Assembly: GCA_028534125.1 (NCBI GenBank)
Contig: CM052816.1
Location: forward strand, 83,454,001 to 83,518,000
Source of the DNA: Lama glama
Lineage: Eukaryota
Direction: 5' to 3'
Length of the DNA stretch: 64,000 bases
The position numbers and the translations under genes were made by a program. Shown here one piece after another: positions 27,725-40,100 of the stretch; the stretch's first letter is position 1, and each line of letters opens with the position of its first letter. The notes beneath the pieces are model-generated. The model saw nothing but the letters and a program-made list of their open reading frames with translations. It had not been told where the DNA came from and did no database searches.

Positions 27725-28639
27725 AAGTATGCACACCATTAAACTACTTTAAAGTATTAAACTGATTTAATTTTTGCATGGAAAAAATATGTCTTAAAAA
27801 GACTGACCAAAAGCTAAGGTGCAAAAATATTAACAGCACGATACCACTTAAGGGGACTGTAAAATACACTAATAAATATTTTTTTAAATATATAAGAGAA
27901 GATAAAAATATCATCACCTCAGATTTGGAATGGTATGGTTTAAAGTTTAAAAAGACCTAAAATAACTTCTCAGATAGGAGATAACTGAACTATACAGAAA
28001 ATTAGAGAAAAAGAAACCTTGGTAATGTACATAGACAAGCTATTTAATATTCAAACTATGAAAAATATATATATATAAGCACCATATTTCTATTTAACGA
28101 CCAGCAAGGAAGCCTAATGAGAAGCCATCAGTGAGGGACATGAAATCCAGGGGACTGTGGAATGTGGGGGCCAACTGGAGAACAAGGTTTTCAAGAGGAA
28201 AGGTAAGAAGTGTGGGATGCCACAGGTGGGCAGCGTGGGTACTTAATGGCACTGAGTTAGCAATTTGATAGAATGATGAAGTTCAAAGGCCATTCAAAGC
28301 AAAATAGGAGAGATTTCAAAGATGGCAAATATAAACAATTCTGTCTAGATTTACGAGGAAGGCAAGAAGTGGGGTATTATAGGAAGGAAAGAGGGTTGAA
28401 ACCTGCTTTTGTTTTTATTTTCACTTTTTTTTGGATGTGAGATAAAACATGTTTTGCATGTGCTAGAAAGGAGTAACAAATCACTGAGAAATATAAAGAA
28501 AATGAAGTAAATGCCAAAATTTAAAAGCATGCCAGAGATTGTCAGCAGATTAAATTAAGGATGTTTACCACACATATTTAGCTTTGAAGAGATTTGAATA
28601 ATAGCACAAGTATTTACTTCAATGCATTATTAAATTTAA

Positions 28640-28778
28640 AATTATATGTATATATACAAATATACACACATATATATGTATATTTTGTCAATTAAAATAA
28701 TGAAGTTTTTATTTCAGAAAATATATGGCCAAAAGAGATACTCATTTAAAATACATACATAGATACATATACATATAC

Positions 28779-28819
<41 letters not shown>

Positions 28820-28838
28820 TAATACACACATATATATA
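28640..28838. repeat. TA/CA-rich microsatellites
   Basis: Seen directly, including (TA)n(CA)n at ~28770-28820. Confidence 0.85.
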
Positions 28839-31800
28839 AATTACTTATTTAACTTTATTCTCACTTATTACTTAAAGAGATCCTAAGATTCATGTAGACA
28901 TAGCCTTAGGTTTTAAAAATTTATCTTAGGATATTCCACTCATTTTTAAACTTGTCAGTTTAACCCAGCCACCTATATTGGTTACTTTAAGATGATTAAA
29001 AACTTTCTATTTTTCTTTTTTAAAAATGCGTTTGCATTACTATGTACACTTTGAGCATGACCAAGTTCCTCTTCAATTGCTTAAATAAGGATTTATTTTT
29101 GCTTTATTTTTTTAATATGTTATCACATCTTGCTCAGTTTTTAATAAAAATAAATGGTATTGAAAATATCTGCAGTATACCAAGGCCAAAGTTCTTTTGC
29201 AATGTGCTTTTATTCTTATTTTTGTACCTATTTTGATTGAGAAAATTGTATGTATTTGCAATAGAAATGATCCAAATGTGTTGTATGCATTCACTGAAAG
29301 AAATGCTAGAGAGAACTGTTAGAAATAATTTGCAGATGGCAAGATCTGAAGTGCCAAGTGACTCTTCAATTGTAGGTTGTGAATATATGCTATTCAATTT
29401 TATGCTATTTTATTTCTCAAAGAAGACACAGCATGACTTTAGAAAAAGGTAAAAGTGCTTTCTCCCACCTGGTGAACAACATTCAGAAGCTGTTCCACAC
29501 TGTCCTGGCACGCTGGTATAACAAGATGGCTCTTCCGCTTGTGGCATCATCATTAAGGAAGTGAGGATGAGGGTTCACTGACACAGTCTACTAACAAGCA
29601 CGTGCAAAACAATGGCAGCACACAATGTCTTGCAAGAGAAGGGCGCTTTACACCAAGCCATTCAACAGGGATGTGCTGGATACTTCTATTTATGTCTGAC
29701 AATTTGGGGAAAGGTAAGCTTTATAAAGATATCTAAACTTTAAAACTGTCTTTTCAGAGATGAAATAGTCTCTATGGATATTTATCCATAGAGAGCTGCT
29801 GACTTACTATACCAATCAATATATTCCTTATTGTTTACAGTTAAGCTAGCCACATAAATCCAATTAATTTTTTTTCATAATTTGTTATCATAATGATGAC
29901 AGTGACCATTTACTAAGACCTGACAACAGAGGTGTAGTGGGAAAGGATGGGGAAGGTGCCACATTCAAGGCAATCTAAAATCGTGTACAACCTCTTTTGT
30001 CTGTCCTTCTCTTATTCAAAAACACTCTTATTTCAAACGTTCAAATTTTAGAATGACACAGATAAACTCACAATTTTTCTGAATTGTTCATCATTTCTGT
30101 GTACCTAATCTGTTTCTTTATTTTCATTATCTCCCATGTTGCCTTGCATAGTACTGCCACATTGCCTCAATAAATATTTTAAAACTGAGAGACAATACAG
30201 CAATGCCACAATGGTAATAAATTAACTCTTTTTTTTAAGCTGGAAAGAAAACATGCATTAATTCCAGGGGAATTTCCTCAAGATAATATGAGTATACCTT
30301 TGTGGATGGTGGATACATTTATTTAAGAAGTATATATAGACTAGCACAATAAATATGAAAAACAGTTCTACTTCACTTTCCTAATTAATTTTCTATTAGT
30401 TAAATATTTTTCAACTTTTGTCTCCTAATATAGCTGATGCTTTTTATTTCGTCTTCCCTTTTAGCCAGTGACCATGATAAATATATGCAATAAGAAGAAA
30501 GCTACCTAGTTTCTCACCATCACTTAAACTGACCTATTTAATCCTGTTTCTATACTGTCTGTCTTTCATCCATTGTAATAAGAATTATCCATGTAAAGAT
30601 TCTTTCTACAATCAATTCATGATCTTGTCTCTTTTCACCATTTAAAAATCTTCACAGCTTCAATTCCCTGTCTCTTTCATCAGAGCTTTGCCCAACTCTA
30701 TTTTTATTATTCCCATAATCAAAGATGACCAAATATCACTTCCCTTTGATCCCATTCTAGGTTTTGCTCCATGTTTCTGCTCCCTTTGTCAGCAAAAGGA
30801 AGTATTTGTCTGTACTTATTCCATTTCCATAACTCTCCTTCTATCCTTCATCCACTTCAGTTAGACCTTCATTCTCAGGGAAAATACTGAGATTATTTTT
30901 AACAATGTGACTAAAGCTAATAATCAAATTTCTGTCTACATATTTAACTAACAATTGTTGGCCGAAAAATTAGAGAAACCTCATCTGGCTAAAATAAGCA
31001 GAAAAGGGCTGTATCAAGAACCTTTAGATAGTATAGATAATTGCTGGGAAAGGTGCTTGTCACATGGCTAAAAACAATAACCAAAACATTTTGAATTTTT
31101 TTCTTAAAGAAATTGCTTTTATTACCCACAATATAGATACGTCAACCTGACCCAGAAACCTCACTGGGGAGGCCCTTCTACATGTCAGCATTAACACTGC
31201 TGACACTGTCATCAAGAAAGAAATCTTAGTGGAATTGTAATTTACATAAGTCTAGAGTTTTTGTGTCATTTTTTCAAAATTTTGAAGCCCAGGTGAAGAA
31301 CACCTGATTGTCAGAGCCTACTAGGACAGGTGTTCGTGCTGCTTCTTCAGGTGGTTTTCAGAAAGCGTCTCTCTGATCTTAGCTGCTTCTGTACAGGCTC
31401 TGCCTCCTGTTTTGATTAATAAAGAGGGATTTCTCAAGCATCGCAAGTGGTCATTACAAAAATGAAAAAAGAAACACAAAAAAGGAAAAGGAATGAAAGA
31501 AGAAAAAGTAGAAGAAGAAATAAGCACTACATTCTACATCATTTACTTCCAACAAAAACCTACACACTTCTTTCCATCTTTACAAATAAAAATGGTTCTT
31601 ATCTAGCAAAAATTAAATGTGTTTCATAATACTGGACATTCTCCAGCTCTCCAAAAAGAAGAAAATACAAATATATATATAATTTATTGCACTGAACTGA
31701 AAATATAGTTTATTCTAATGATGACTATTGTTTCTCTACTTCTGTCATAACCAGTCTTAATAGTCTGGCCTATAGATTAAATTACAATTTAATTATCTCC

Positions 31801-31959
31801 AATACAATATATATAAAGTTGATATAAAAGAGACAAAATATTATTTTATGTAAAAAATACAGTTTTTTGAACTTATCAAAGAAGAAAACACAAAACATTT
31901 TATTAATCCTAATACCATTAAATCTGTATTTTCTCATTGCCTTTCTTCATTAATAATTC

Positions 31960-32600
31960 TGTTAGCGCAGGCAGATAGCTAGATACGAGCAGACAAAGGG
32001 GATGTGGACTAAATGGCAGGAATCGGGCAGAAAGGAGGGACGTAGGCCAAATACAGGAAAGCATACATCATGTAAGCATCAGGGGTCCCTGGGCAGAGAA
32101 AGTAAAGCAGGAACCTCTGGGCTGATAAGGGTCACACCTTTAGGGGTGATGAGTGGCCTGGAGGTGGGAAAGGCAGGAATCTCCAGTGTCCAAATGTAAC
32201 CTTTTGCTCATTATGCCCTCATTTCAATAAAATTAGCCTTGCAGATTAGAAGTACCCATCACGCACCAACACCATGACACTTCCAATACAGAGTAAACAA
32301 GGACAAAAATCGCTTCTCCCTTCGGGAAGGTGGAGCTGGGATGAAAATCAGGGAATACGACCCCAAACACTTCCCTCCCCAATGAATATTCTGCTCATCC
32401 ATTTTTACACTTTATGTAACCAACTTGCCAAAAGGAATTCAGGACAGCTGCTCACCTGAGCCTGCCCACTCTTCCCTAGAGAGTGTACTATTCATCCTTT
32501 AATAAATGCCCAGTTTACTTTCTTAACCTCTGTGTCTTGTTTCTGAATTCTTTCTGGGATGGGACAAGAACCTGGACAACGGTTACATCTACCAACAACA
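31960..32600 (+). mobile_element. Relatively young ERV1-type solo LTR (~640 bp)
   Basis: Starts tgttagcg, ends caacaaca; gagtgtact...aataaa (32501) R region; flanks attc/atac; retained CpGs. Confidence 0.85.
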
Positions 32601-32917
32601 ATACCATGTTTCCTTTCAGTTTGCTTGTTAGCTAGTCATTATTCTTTACCAAAGAATAGGGTTGAAATTTGACTGTAGAGGAATCTAAACTATCTCTTTT
32701 TCTTCCTGTAGAGATTGGCTTCCTTTTTTGATTAACTTTTACTACTGGACAGGCAGTACTAAGATATACAGAGGAAATTCTCTTGAAATCTGTTCATATA
32801 ATCATTTTTCTTATTTCTGTGTTGGCAACTGAATTTTCTTCTTAAAAGAAAGAATGGATTATTTCAGCCAAAACATCATAGTACTCTCTTTTATTTCCCT
32901 TGCCTGTTTGCCAAGAA

Positions 32918-32954
<37 letters not shown>
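32918..32954. repeat. (GACA)n microsatellite
   Basis: Seen directly. Confidence 0.95.
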
Positions 32955-34166
32955 TAGTAACAAAAATGGCCAGTAATATAATATAGCCTCAGTTTCTGCT
33001 TCAGTAAGCCCCATGATAAGTCTGCAGATTGGAACACTCTTCCTCAGGAACTGATTCCCAGGAAAAAATATTTTCAATGAAACCACCTAGTACATCGTTC
33101 AGCATACACCATTCCTCTTTCATAGTGTTTTTCCTACTCCATGTATTCTGTCAATGAAAAAAATAAATTGATATGGATGGAACTCCAAAATCAGAAGGTC
33201 TTCACTTTTGCCACAACTGAGTTCAACTTTATAAAATGCCAGTTTCTTCTGAGTTATGTAATGCAAATACACTACATGATAATTAATTATTGCCTCCTGC
33301 TTTTTCTGCAAAGTGAGTTATTTGGTCAGACATGGTATTGCATTTTATAAAATATCAGTAATTAAATGATTTCATAAATCAGGCAAAGAGGGTTCATAGA
33401 GAAGCACTGACTATAGAGAAAACAAATATAAACTGTAAATAAGTGTGTACTGTCAAAAACATGCTAAAAAAATCAATGTAATATATTTAATACGGGGTAA
33501 TACATGGTTGACTGGGCACCTTCAGAGTGTAGGACTTTTTCAGAAAATCCAAAGAGAAGTTTACTTCTGGAAGATTAGATAACACTTACTGTATGTCAAC
33601 TTCAATTAAGAAGATGCTAGTGTTTATTTCTTGTCAAAGAAACAGTCATTGAATAAGTGCTAGATAGTTAGAAATGAGCCTGTCTGATAATCACAAGGCA
33701 ACTAATGTAATCTCCTTAATTACTGGGATCCTGTTCCTCTGACAGGACTTTTGGCGGACTTACAATAGGTCATGAGACTCACACATTTAACTCACTCCTT
33801 AGATTCAGTATTACACTGAGTTTATCATTTTATAGGAGTAACTCAGACGGCTTCTACTTCATTGTTCCTATCCCAAATAGTGGTATAGCATAAGCCAAGA
33901 AGCTGATGTGGATATTATGAAAGTTTCACAGTAGTTTTGCGAACATACTTGGAAATAACAGTGGGACATATGGTTATTTTGGGAGAAAACTAACATCACA
34001 ACTACAAATATTACCTTAAGCCCTTTACGTCCCATTCTGAAAGGTAGATTACAATGGAATTCTGAGTATTCCAAGCCTGTGTCTAGTAATTCCTAGTAGT
34101 TCTGTTGTTTTTCTTTTTTTAATATACAAGGACCCTACTAAATGGCTAGAAGCAATTTGTAAATAG

Positions 34167-34546
34167 TGTTACGTGCTGAATTGTGTTCCTCCAAAATCCA
34201 TTAAGTTGTTCTAACTTATAACACCTCATAAGGTAACTGTTTTTGAAAATAAGATCTTTAAATAGGTAATTAAATTAAAATGAAATTATTAGGTAAGTCT
34301 TATTCTAATGTGACTGGTGTCCTCATAAGAGGAAATTAGGACACACATACAGAGGGAAGACTATGTGAAGACAGAGGGAGAAGATATGCATCTACATATA
34401 AAGGAATGAGGCTTTAAAGAAAATAGCTTTGCCTGGCACCTTGATTTCAGATTTCTAGCTTTTAGAACTATAAGAAAATAAATTTCTGTTATTTAAGTCA
34501 TCCAGTAGATGGCACTTTATTATGAAAGCCCTAGCAAATTAATATA
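34167..34546 (+). mobile_element. MLT1B-like MaLR solo LTR
   Basis: tgttacgtgctgaattgtgttcctccaaaat...gactggtgtcctcataagagg...caccttgatttcagatttctagc...gccctagcaaattaatat. Confidence 0.9.
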
Positions 34547-34729
34547 GACAGGAATTTTATTGCATTTGTTATACTATTCCAAGGTCCTTCTTCAAGTCAC
34601 CAACTTTCTCTTATGTAAAGATTTAAAGCTCAATCTGGGAACTGGATTACAGACTATGGTCTGAATCTCAATGGCTACATGTAACTTAAAAACTAAGTGG
34701 GAAACAACAGATACAAACAAACAAACAAA

Positions 34730-34884
34730 TTTTTTTTTTAATTTTGTTCTTTTTGTTTTGTTTGTTTGTTGCAGAGGGAGGTAATTAGGTTTACTTGTTT
34801 ATTTTTTGATGGAGGTACTGGGGATTGAACCCAGGACCTTGTGCATGCTAGGCATGCACACTACCACTAAGCTATCTCCTCCCC
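34730..34884 (-). mobile_element. Camelid Vic-1-type SINE
   Basis: gggaggtaattaggttta...ggaggtactggggattgaacccaggaccttgtgcatgctaggcatgcacactaccactaagctatctcctcccc; flanks aacaaaca. Confidence 0.92.
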
Positions 34885-35724
34885 AACAAACACATACTTT
34901 TAGTTCTATGCTAGTCCTGTTCAGTTTTCCAATGACCAAGCTTCATTTGAATCATAACTTTCAAATTACTATATTTGGAGACGTAGGCATTAGAATTGGT
35001 TTCTCCTTGAAAAGAGCTCCCTTGTGACATGTTGTTTCAGGCTTTTCCAATAATATAAGAAAATTCTCATGAGACAGAAGCAAACTTGAACTTGCTGTTA
35101 AGGGGAGCTCAATATGTACTTAGTACTAAGGATATTCTGAATTATACAAAATCTCACATAGACTCCTATTCATTTTTTTAAGTCTCTACTCTCTTCAGAG
35201 AGTAGTAACTCAACTTTCGAATGTAAACACTGAAAATGAAATGCCTGCTGAAGAAGAACTTGGGGAGGAGGTGGCTACTTACGTAGTAAAGTGAGATAAG
35301 TAATTAAAGAATCAAAACTGGGTTGGTAATGATGCTAGGGGACTTACATCCTGGTTCTCTATAGATGACAGATAGGTAGATAGATAAATAGATAGGGTAG
35401 ATATAGATATGTATTTATATATACACAGACACATATATATGGGACTTGCAAGACTTCATAAAATGTCTATTATCTGTTGTAGCCACAGAACTAAGAAGAA
35501 CCTAAAAAGAGTTTGATTATGCAAATTTATTAATTGCAGCATCAGTTCAACTTATAGGCTTAGTAAGTGTCTGTTGAAATCACTAGTGTTCTACCACTCA
35601 GAACTATCCTTTAGTGTACTAGCTGATTATCACTGTCCTCCACACAGTACAAGCAGACAGCAAACTGCAGATTCCCTTCACCTGCCTCAGGACCTTTTAC
35701 TTTTGTTTTACTCTAAGTTTTGTA

Positions 35725-36280
35725 TTTTAGAGTTCTTAACTGTAAGCAGTCAAGTTGTGACTAGTGAATTGATCTATAAAAAGAAAAAATAAAGGATATT
35801 AGGTGACTCAATCTCCAAAAATTGTTGGGATACCTAGAGAATCATTCTTGGAAGGTAGGTAACTTGGGATAATGCCCAAAAATCCCTCCACAAAACTATC
35901 TAAGCCGGGAAATAGCGGCCACCTTGTCAGAACTCTAGCTATTGCAGCTTGTTCGACTGTCAGTGTACTGCTAGCACAATCAGCCCTTTTATCCTGGAAG
36001 CTGCTGCTAACACTGCTTCTACTGTTGCTTAAGGAATCTAAATTCAATATAGCTGCCCCTGCTGCCAAAGAGAACAATTTACTATTGCTGTTAATTCTGC
36101 TGGCCATAATTTATTGTGTCAAAATCTAGGGCATGTGCCCCTGATTCCAAAAGCATTAGTTCAGTGCCCGTGCAAGTTAAACCAGGGAAACTGATTATTT
36201 GGGATTTTTATATATTATAGTGGGAGTCATGCATTGTCTTGCCTAAGACCCAAAAATGAAAAGGTATTTTTGATACCATG
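35725..36280 (-). mobile_element. Old ERVL LTR (LTR33/LTR16-like)
   Basis: Minus strand has ggaatcaggggcacatgccctagattttgac, a GCAGC-rich middle, and ends ctgcttacagttaagaactctaa. Confidence 0.55.
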
Positions 36281-36384
36281 TGGCCATGATAATATCATCT
36301 ACATCATATTATTATCATTATAACACTCCTCCCTAAAAACAAAACAAATCAAACACTATTTATCAGTAAATAGATCATAACCTA

Positions 36385-37115
36385 TCCACTTACTCAGACC
36401 CAAAATCTTAGACTTATCTGTGGTGCATCTTGCCTTTACACTCTATATCCAATTCACTAGAAAGTTCTCTCAAATCTATTTCTAAAGAGATCTACACCTC
36501 ATTACTTACACCACTACAAACCTTCCTCAAGCCACTAACATCAGGACTCCAGATACAGTCTCCTGCCAGATCTCCATGCCTCCCTTCTTGGTACCCTGAA
36601 AACCACGTACTATACAATAGTCAGAAGAGTCTTTCATAGGCTTAAATAACATCAAGTTGTTGCCCTATCTAAAACTCTTCATTGGAAACAGAAGACCTTC
36701 CTAACTTCTTACCATGTCTACAGTTTTTTGCATGATAGACTCCCTGCCTTGTTCTCTGCCCTGATTTACTACCAACTCCGTGATACCCTACACTGCCCTT
36801 TTTGTTTCTCGGGTCCTTTGTATTTCTTCTCTTTATGAAAAAAAAAAAGTTTTTTTCTCAAAAACATCTTTTTTTCTGGAAAATTCATTGCTTAGATCTT
36901 TACTTGGTTTTCTCTTTGTCATATCAATGGATTGTGTCAGTTGCAAAGGGATACATTTCTCAACTACCCTTACTAAAAAAAATCTATAGTCATTTCTACC
37001 CGTTTTATATCCTTGAAAGCTTTAATGAAGAGGCAATGACTCTCTCTCTCTCAAATGCTCATTGGTGTAACCACTATGTCCATAATGCTTTTTATAGAGT
37101 AGGTACTCAGTAAAC
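36385..37115 (+). mobile_element. LINE-2 3' region
   Basis: atccacttactcagacccaaaatcttag...tatatccaattcactagaaagttct...agagtaggtactcagtaaacacagttga. Confidence 0.7.
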
Positions 37116-40100
37116 ACAGTTGACTTGTAAATCTAAATCCTATGCTTTAACCACAGTATAATCTGTTACTCCAAATAAAAACTGGTAACCATAAATGTTA
37201 GTACTGTCATGAAAGCTGATTTTTAGTAACTCCATAAGGAGTTCTACCTCTCATGGCCTGTTCTACATTGCTTATATTCAGGGAAGTAGAGAAAATATAC
37301 AGACTTTTGAAAATGCAAATATATAAGGTATCTCCATATATCAAAATTAATTAGAAATTCCACATGCTCTATTAATAATCTGAATTAAATGTACTAATGC
37401 CTTGTATATCGGATGGAGACATAAGAATCACGTAACAAAGGTACGACCTATGTGTTTTTAGCCTGCACTCGTTTTCTTTGCATCTTGGATGATCCTGAGT
37501 TGACCTGTAAAGATCTTTCTTTGCTATATTCTAAATGACTTTCAATATCAATAGATAAAACATAGTTACCCAACATTTAGATGACAGCTAATTAGAATAA
37601 AATTAAATATAATGAATAATACAAAATAGTCAGGTTGGCACCAAAGTGGAAGAAGATTATCTTGACTCTGGCAAGATTACATTTAGTAGGGGTAAATTTA
37701 AACAGGAAAGAAACTTGTTCAGTTTCACTCTATACTGTTGAGGAAAACACACTTTAAAGGGGAAGAGTACTCTTTGTATTTATAAAACTTTTTGTGTAAG
37801 CTGTTGACAAGAGCATTATCAGAAATAACAGTGGCCTGAACACATCTAAGATACATTTCCAAAATGAAAATAATGCATTTTAGAATAAATGTTTGACTAG
37901 ATAAAATATCCAGAAGAGAGCAAACACACTGAGGAGTCTGAATGGCACATGAAGAACGGTTGAACAAACGACACACCTGGTCCAGAGATAATGAAGAGGA
38001 GATGTTATAATATTCTAGGCATATTTTTAAGCACGATGCTATAAAATGAACATTTCATGAAGTTTCTGCAATTCAAGAGATCAGAAAAAGCACCACAGAA
38101 TGCAAGAGGGGGGATTCAGCTTACGAAAATAAAGATTGGAACACTATCTTTATGGGTCTGACAATGACATTGTCCTCTCAATGAGGTTTCTTCCCATTTT
38201 TAGATACAGATTAGCAAGAGAAGTCCTTCTGCATTTAAAAATGGGTCGAACTAGACTTCATAGGTCACTCTAAGATTGTATGTCCATCAGTCACATATTT
38301 GCAATTCAAAAGAGGAATGCATAGTCAGCAATGTTACTTTTAGTGTAAAGCATGTTTAGGAAATATTTCAATAGAGCAATATGTTCCTTGAAGCTTTTGA
38401 TGAAAAGATTTGAACTTTGAAATATGAGCCTTTATTCTTTACTAAGTAGACTGCAGCTGGAGAATCTCATTATTTAATTGTGTGTAGGAGCGTAGAGACA
38501 GGCTCCTAAGTGGAAATATGCCTTCGCCCAAGAAGAGAGAGCACATAAAAATGTGACAGCTCATGTAGTTTATCACAGTGTGTGGGTGAGGTTACAGTAT
38601 GGCATGAAAACTGGAATGAAATAAAATGATCATTTCCTTCAATTAATAACTGGAATTCTGTGAGGTAATTCTTACTTGAAAGTAAGACATCATTAATTTA
38701 TAAATAAGGTCAGTAAAAAGTAAGTTTTAATACTGCATTTTATGTTTCCTTAAAAAAGCACAGCATCAATTCAAAAGGCAAGCGTTTCCTTGTCTAAGTT
38801 AGGATGTTTGCAAAGAGTTAACATACTCCTCTCACTCCTTGTTCCAAATTACTTTTGAAAGTAATATCCATATTGTACCTTGAAGGAAGGCCTAAGCAGT
38901 AAACTTTAACGGCTGCCTGAGTTGGCAATCATTTCATAGAGACAGGACACTGCATTGGAAATTGCCCTATAAATAAGATCCCTTACAGAAAAATTAAAAT
39001 GGAATTCGTATTATTGATGTTCACTAGCAGCCATAAGAAACACAAGGGAACCAGGAAGTGGCACTTGTTTCAAATCGCTCTCGGAGGCATCTGAAGGACA
39101 CCCTCAAAGTCAGCTTGATCAATGGTGATAAGTAGTCTGTCCAGCACTTGGGGTGGGCTGTAATGTATCTGGAAACCTTGAGGAATTTGCCTACCGAATA
39201 GAAATGATCCAGACATTCTCTGCACTGGCCATTTATTCACTAGTACCCAGATTTCCTGCAGAATCATGTCTCTTTTCCTTCCTTGCTGTCCTCTACCTCC
39301 TCACCCCAGCTCCCATTTGTTTATTCGTGCCTCTTAGTTCATATTCGGATCTTGAATTCCCTGAGAGTTTTCTGGATGTTGGACTAAAGAGAGAGAGAGA
39401 CCTGTAACCCAGCTGTTACTTCTAGTTATACAACCCACTTTGCTAGATATCTATTTTGATATGAGATCTGAGACATAAAAAACACAATCTCTAGATTGTA
39501 CTGTGTTTCTATATGTCATGAATGCTTGCTGTAATGTCCAGTATTATAGTATATTAAGCTGTCCAGATTGAAAGGGAAATATTCATGTAAAACTGTAAGT
39601 GTTTAACCTATAAATCCAAGCATACGGGGAAAATGAAGGGGAGAATTAGAAGGTGAGAGCAAGGACAGGGAAATGACAGCAAAGAGTTAGACTGAGAGAG
39701 ATATAAAAGGAGCAGACAATAAATTGGAAAGACAACGCAATTGAAAAAGTGAGAACACTAGAAATGTACCAACCTACAAGAAAATTGTCTTCTCTGCCAG
39801 ATATCAAATTTATATAGGGAAGATGTGAACTGAATTATAAATAGCAACATAAAGAATAAACGCGCTAATAGAAACTCATTTTGATTATTTTAGTAGAACT
39901 GAAAAACATTTCCCTTTTCTATAGCAAATAAAAAGATAATCTCTAGAAAATGAAAATTAAGGTGAAATAAAACAAAGACTGCGGATACTACAGTTCAGCC
40001 CAACTCTACCTTTTATGAACTGTTGGTCCTCTGAAGAAGGCTCAGCACTGTTCCCTTTATCTGTGAAAACCTGATACCAGACTAAATAGACAAATTGCAG

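Larger units (their letters stand above)
11390..30340 (-). pseudogene. Core of a candidate decayed multi-exon gene (unidentified); exon-like segments 30340-30298, 29293-29228, 26662-26500, 25500-25469, 25365-25305, 24377-24311, 24082-24022, 22329-22280, 21099-20983, 20737-20683, 18493-18292, 15229-15058, 14967-14852, 11489-11390
   Basis: Nearly every segment has a T/pyrimidine-rich tract plus AG and a GT donor on the minus strand (e.g. cttcttttttgttcaaacag|55 nt|gtaagg; cgttctttactcag|67 nt|gtaaat; atattttcag|100 nt|gtaagt). The segments lie in repeat-free gaps and their lengths permit an in-phase chain. Several have stops in all three frames and one donor reads AT instead of GT. No homologue recognised. 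Confidence 0.5.

Noticed and set aside
35808..36129. Overlapping 99-aa (-) and 85-aa (+) ORFs, Ser- and Leu-rich
   Set aside because: They fall inside an LTR33/LTR16-like element whose GCAGC-rich body avoids stops; no splice or homology support.
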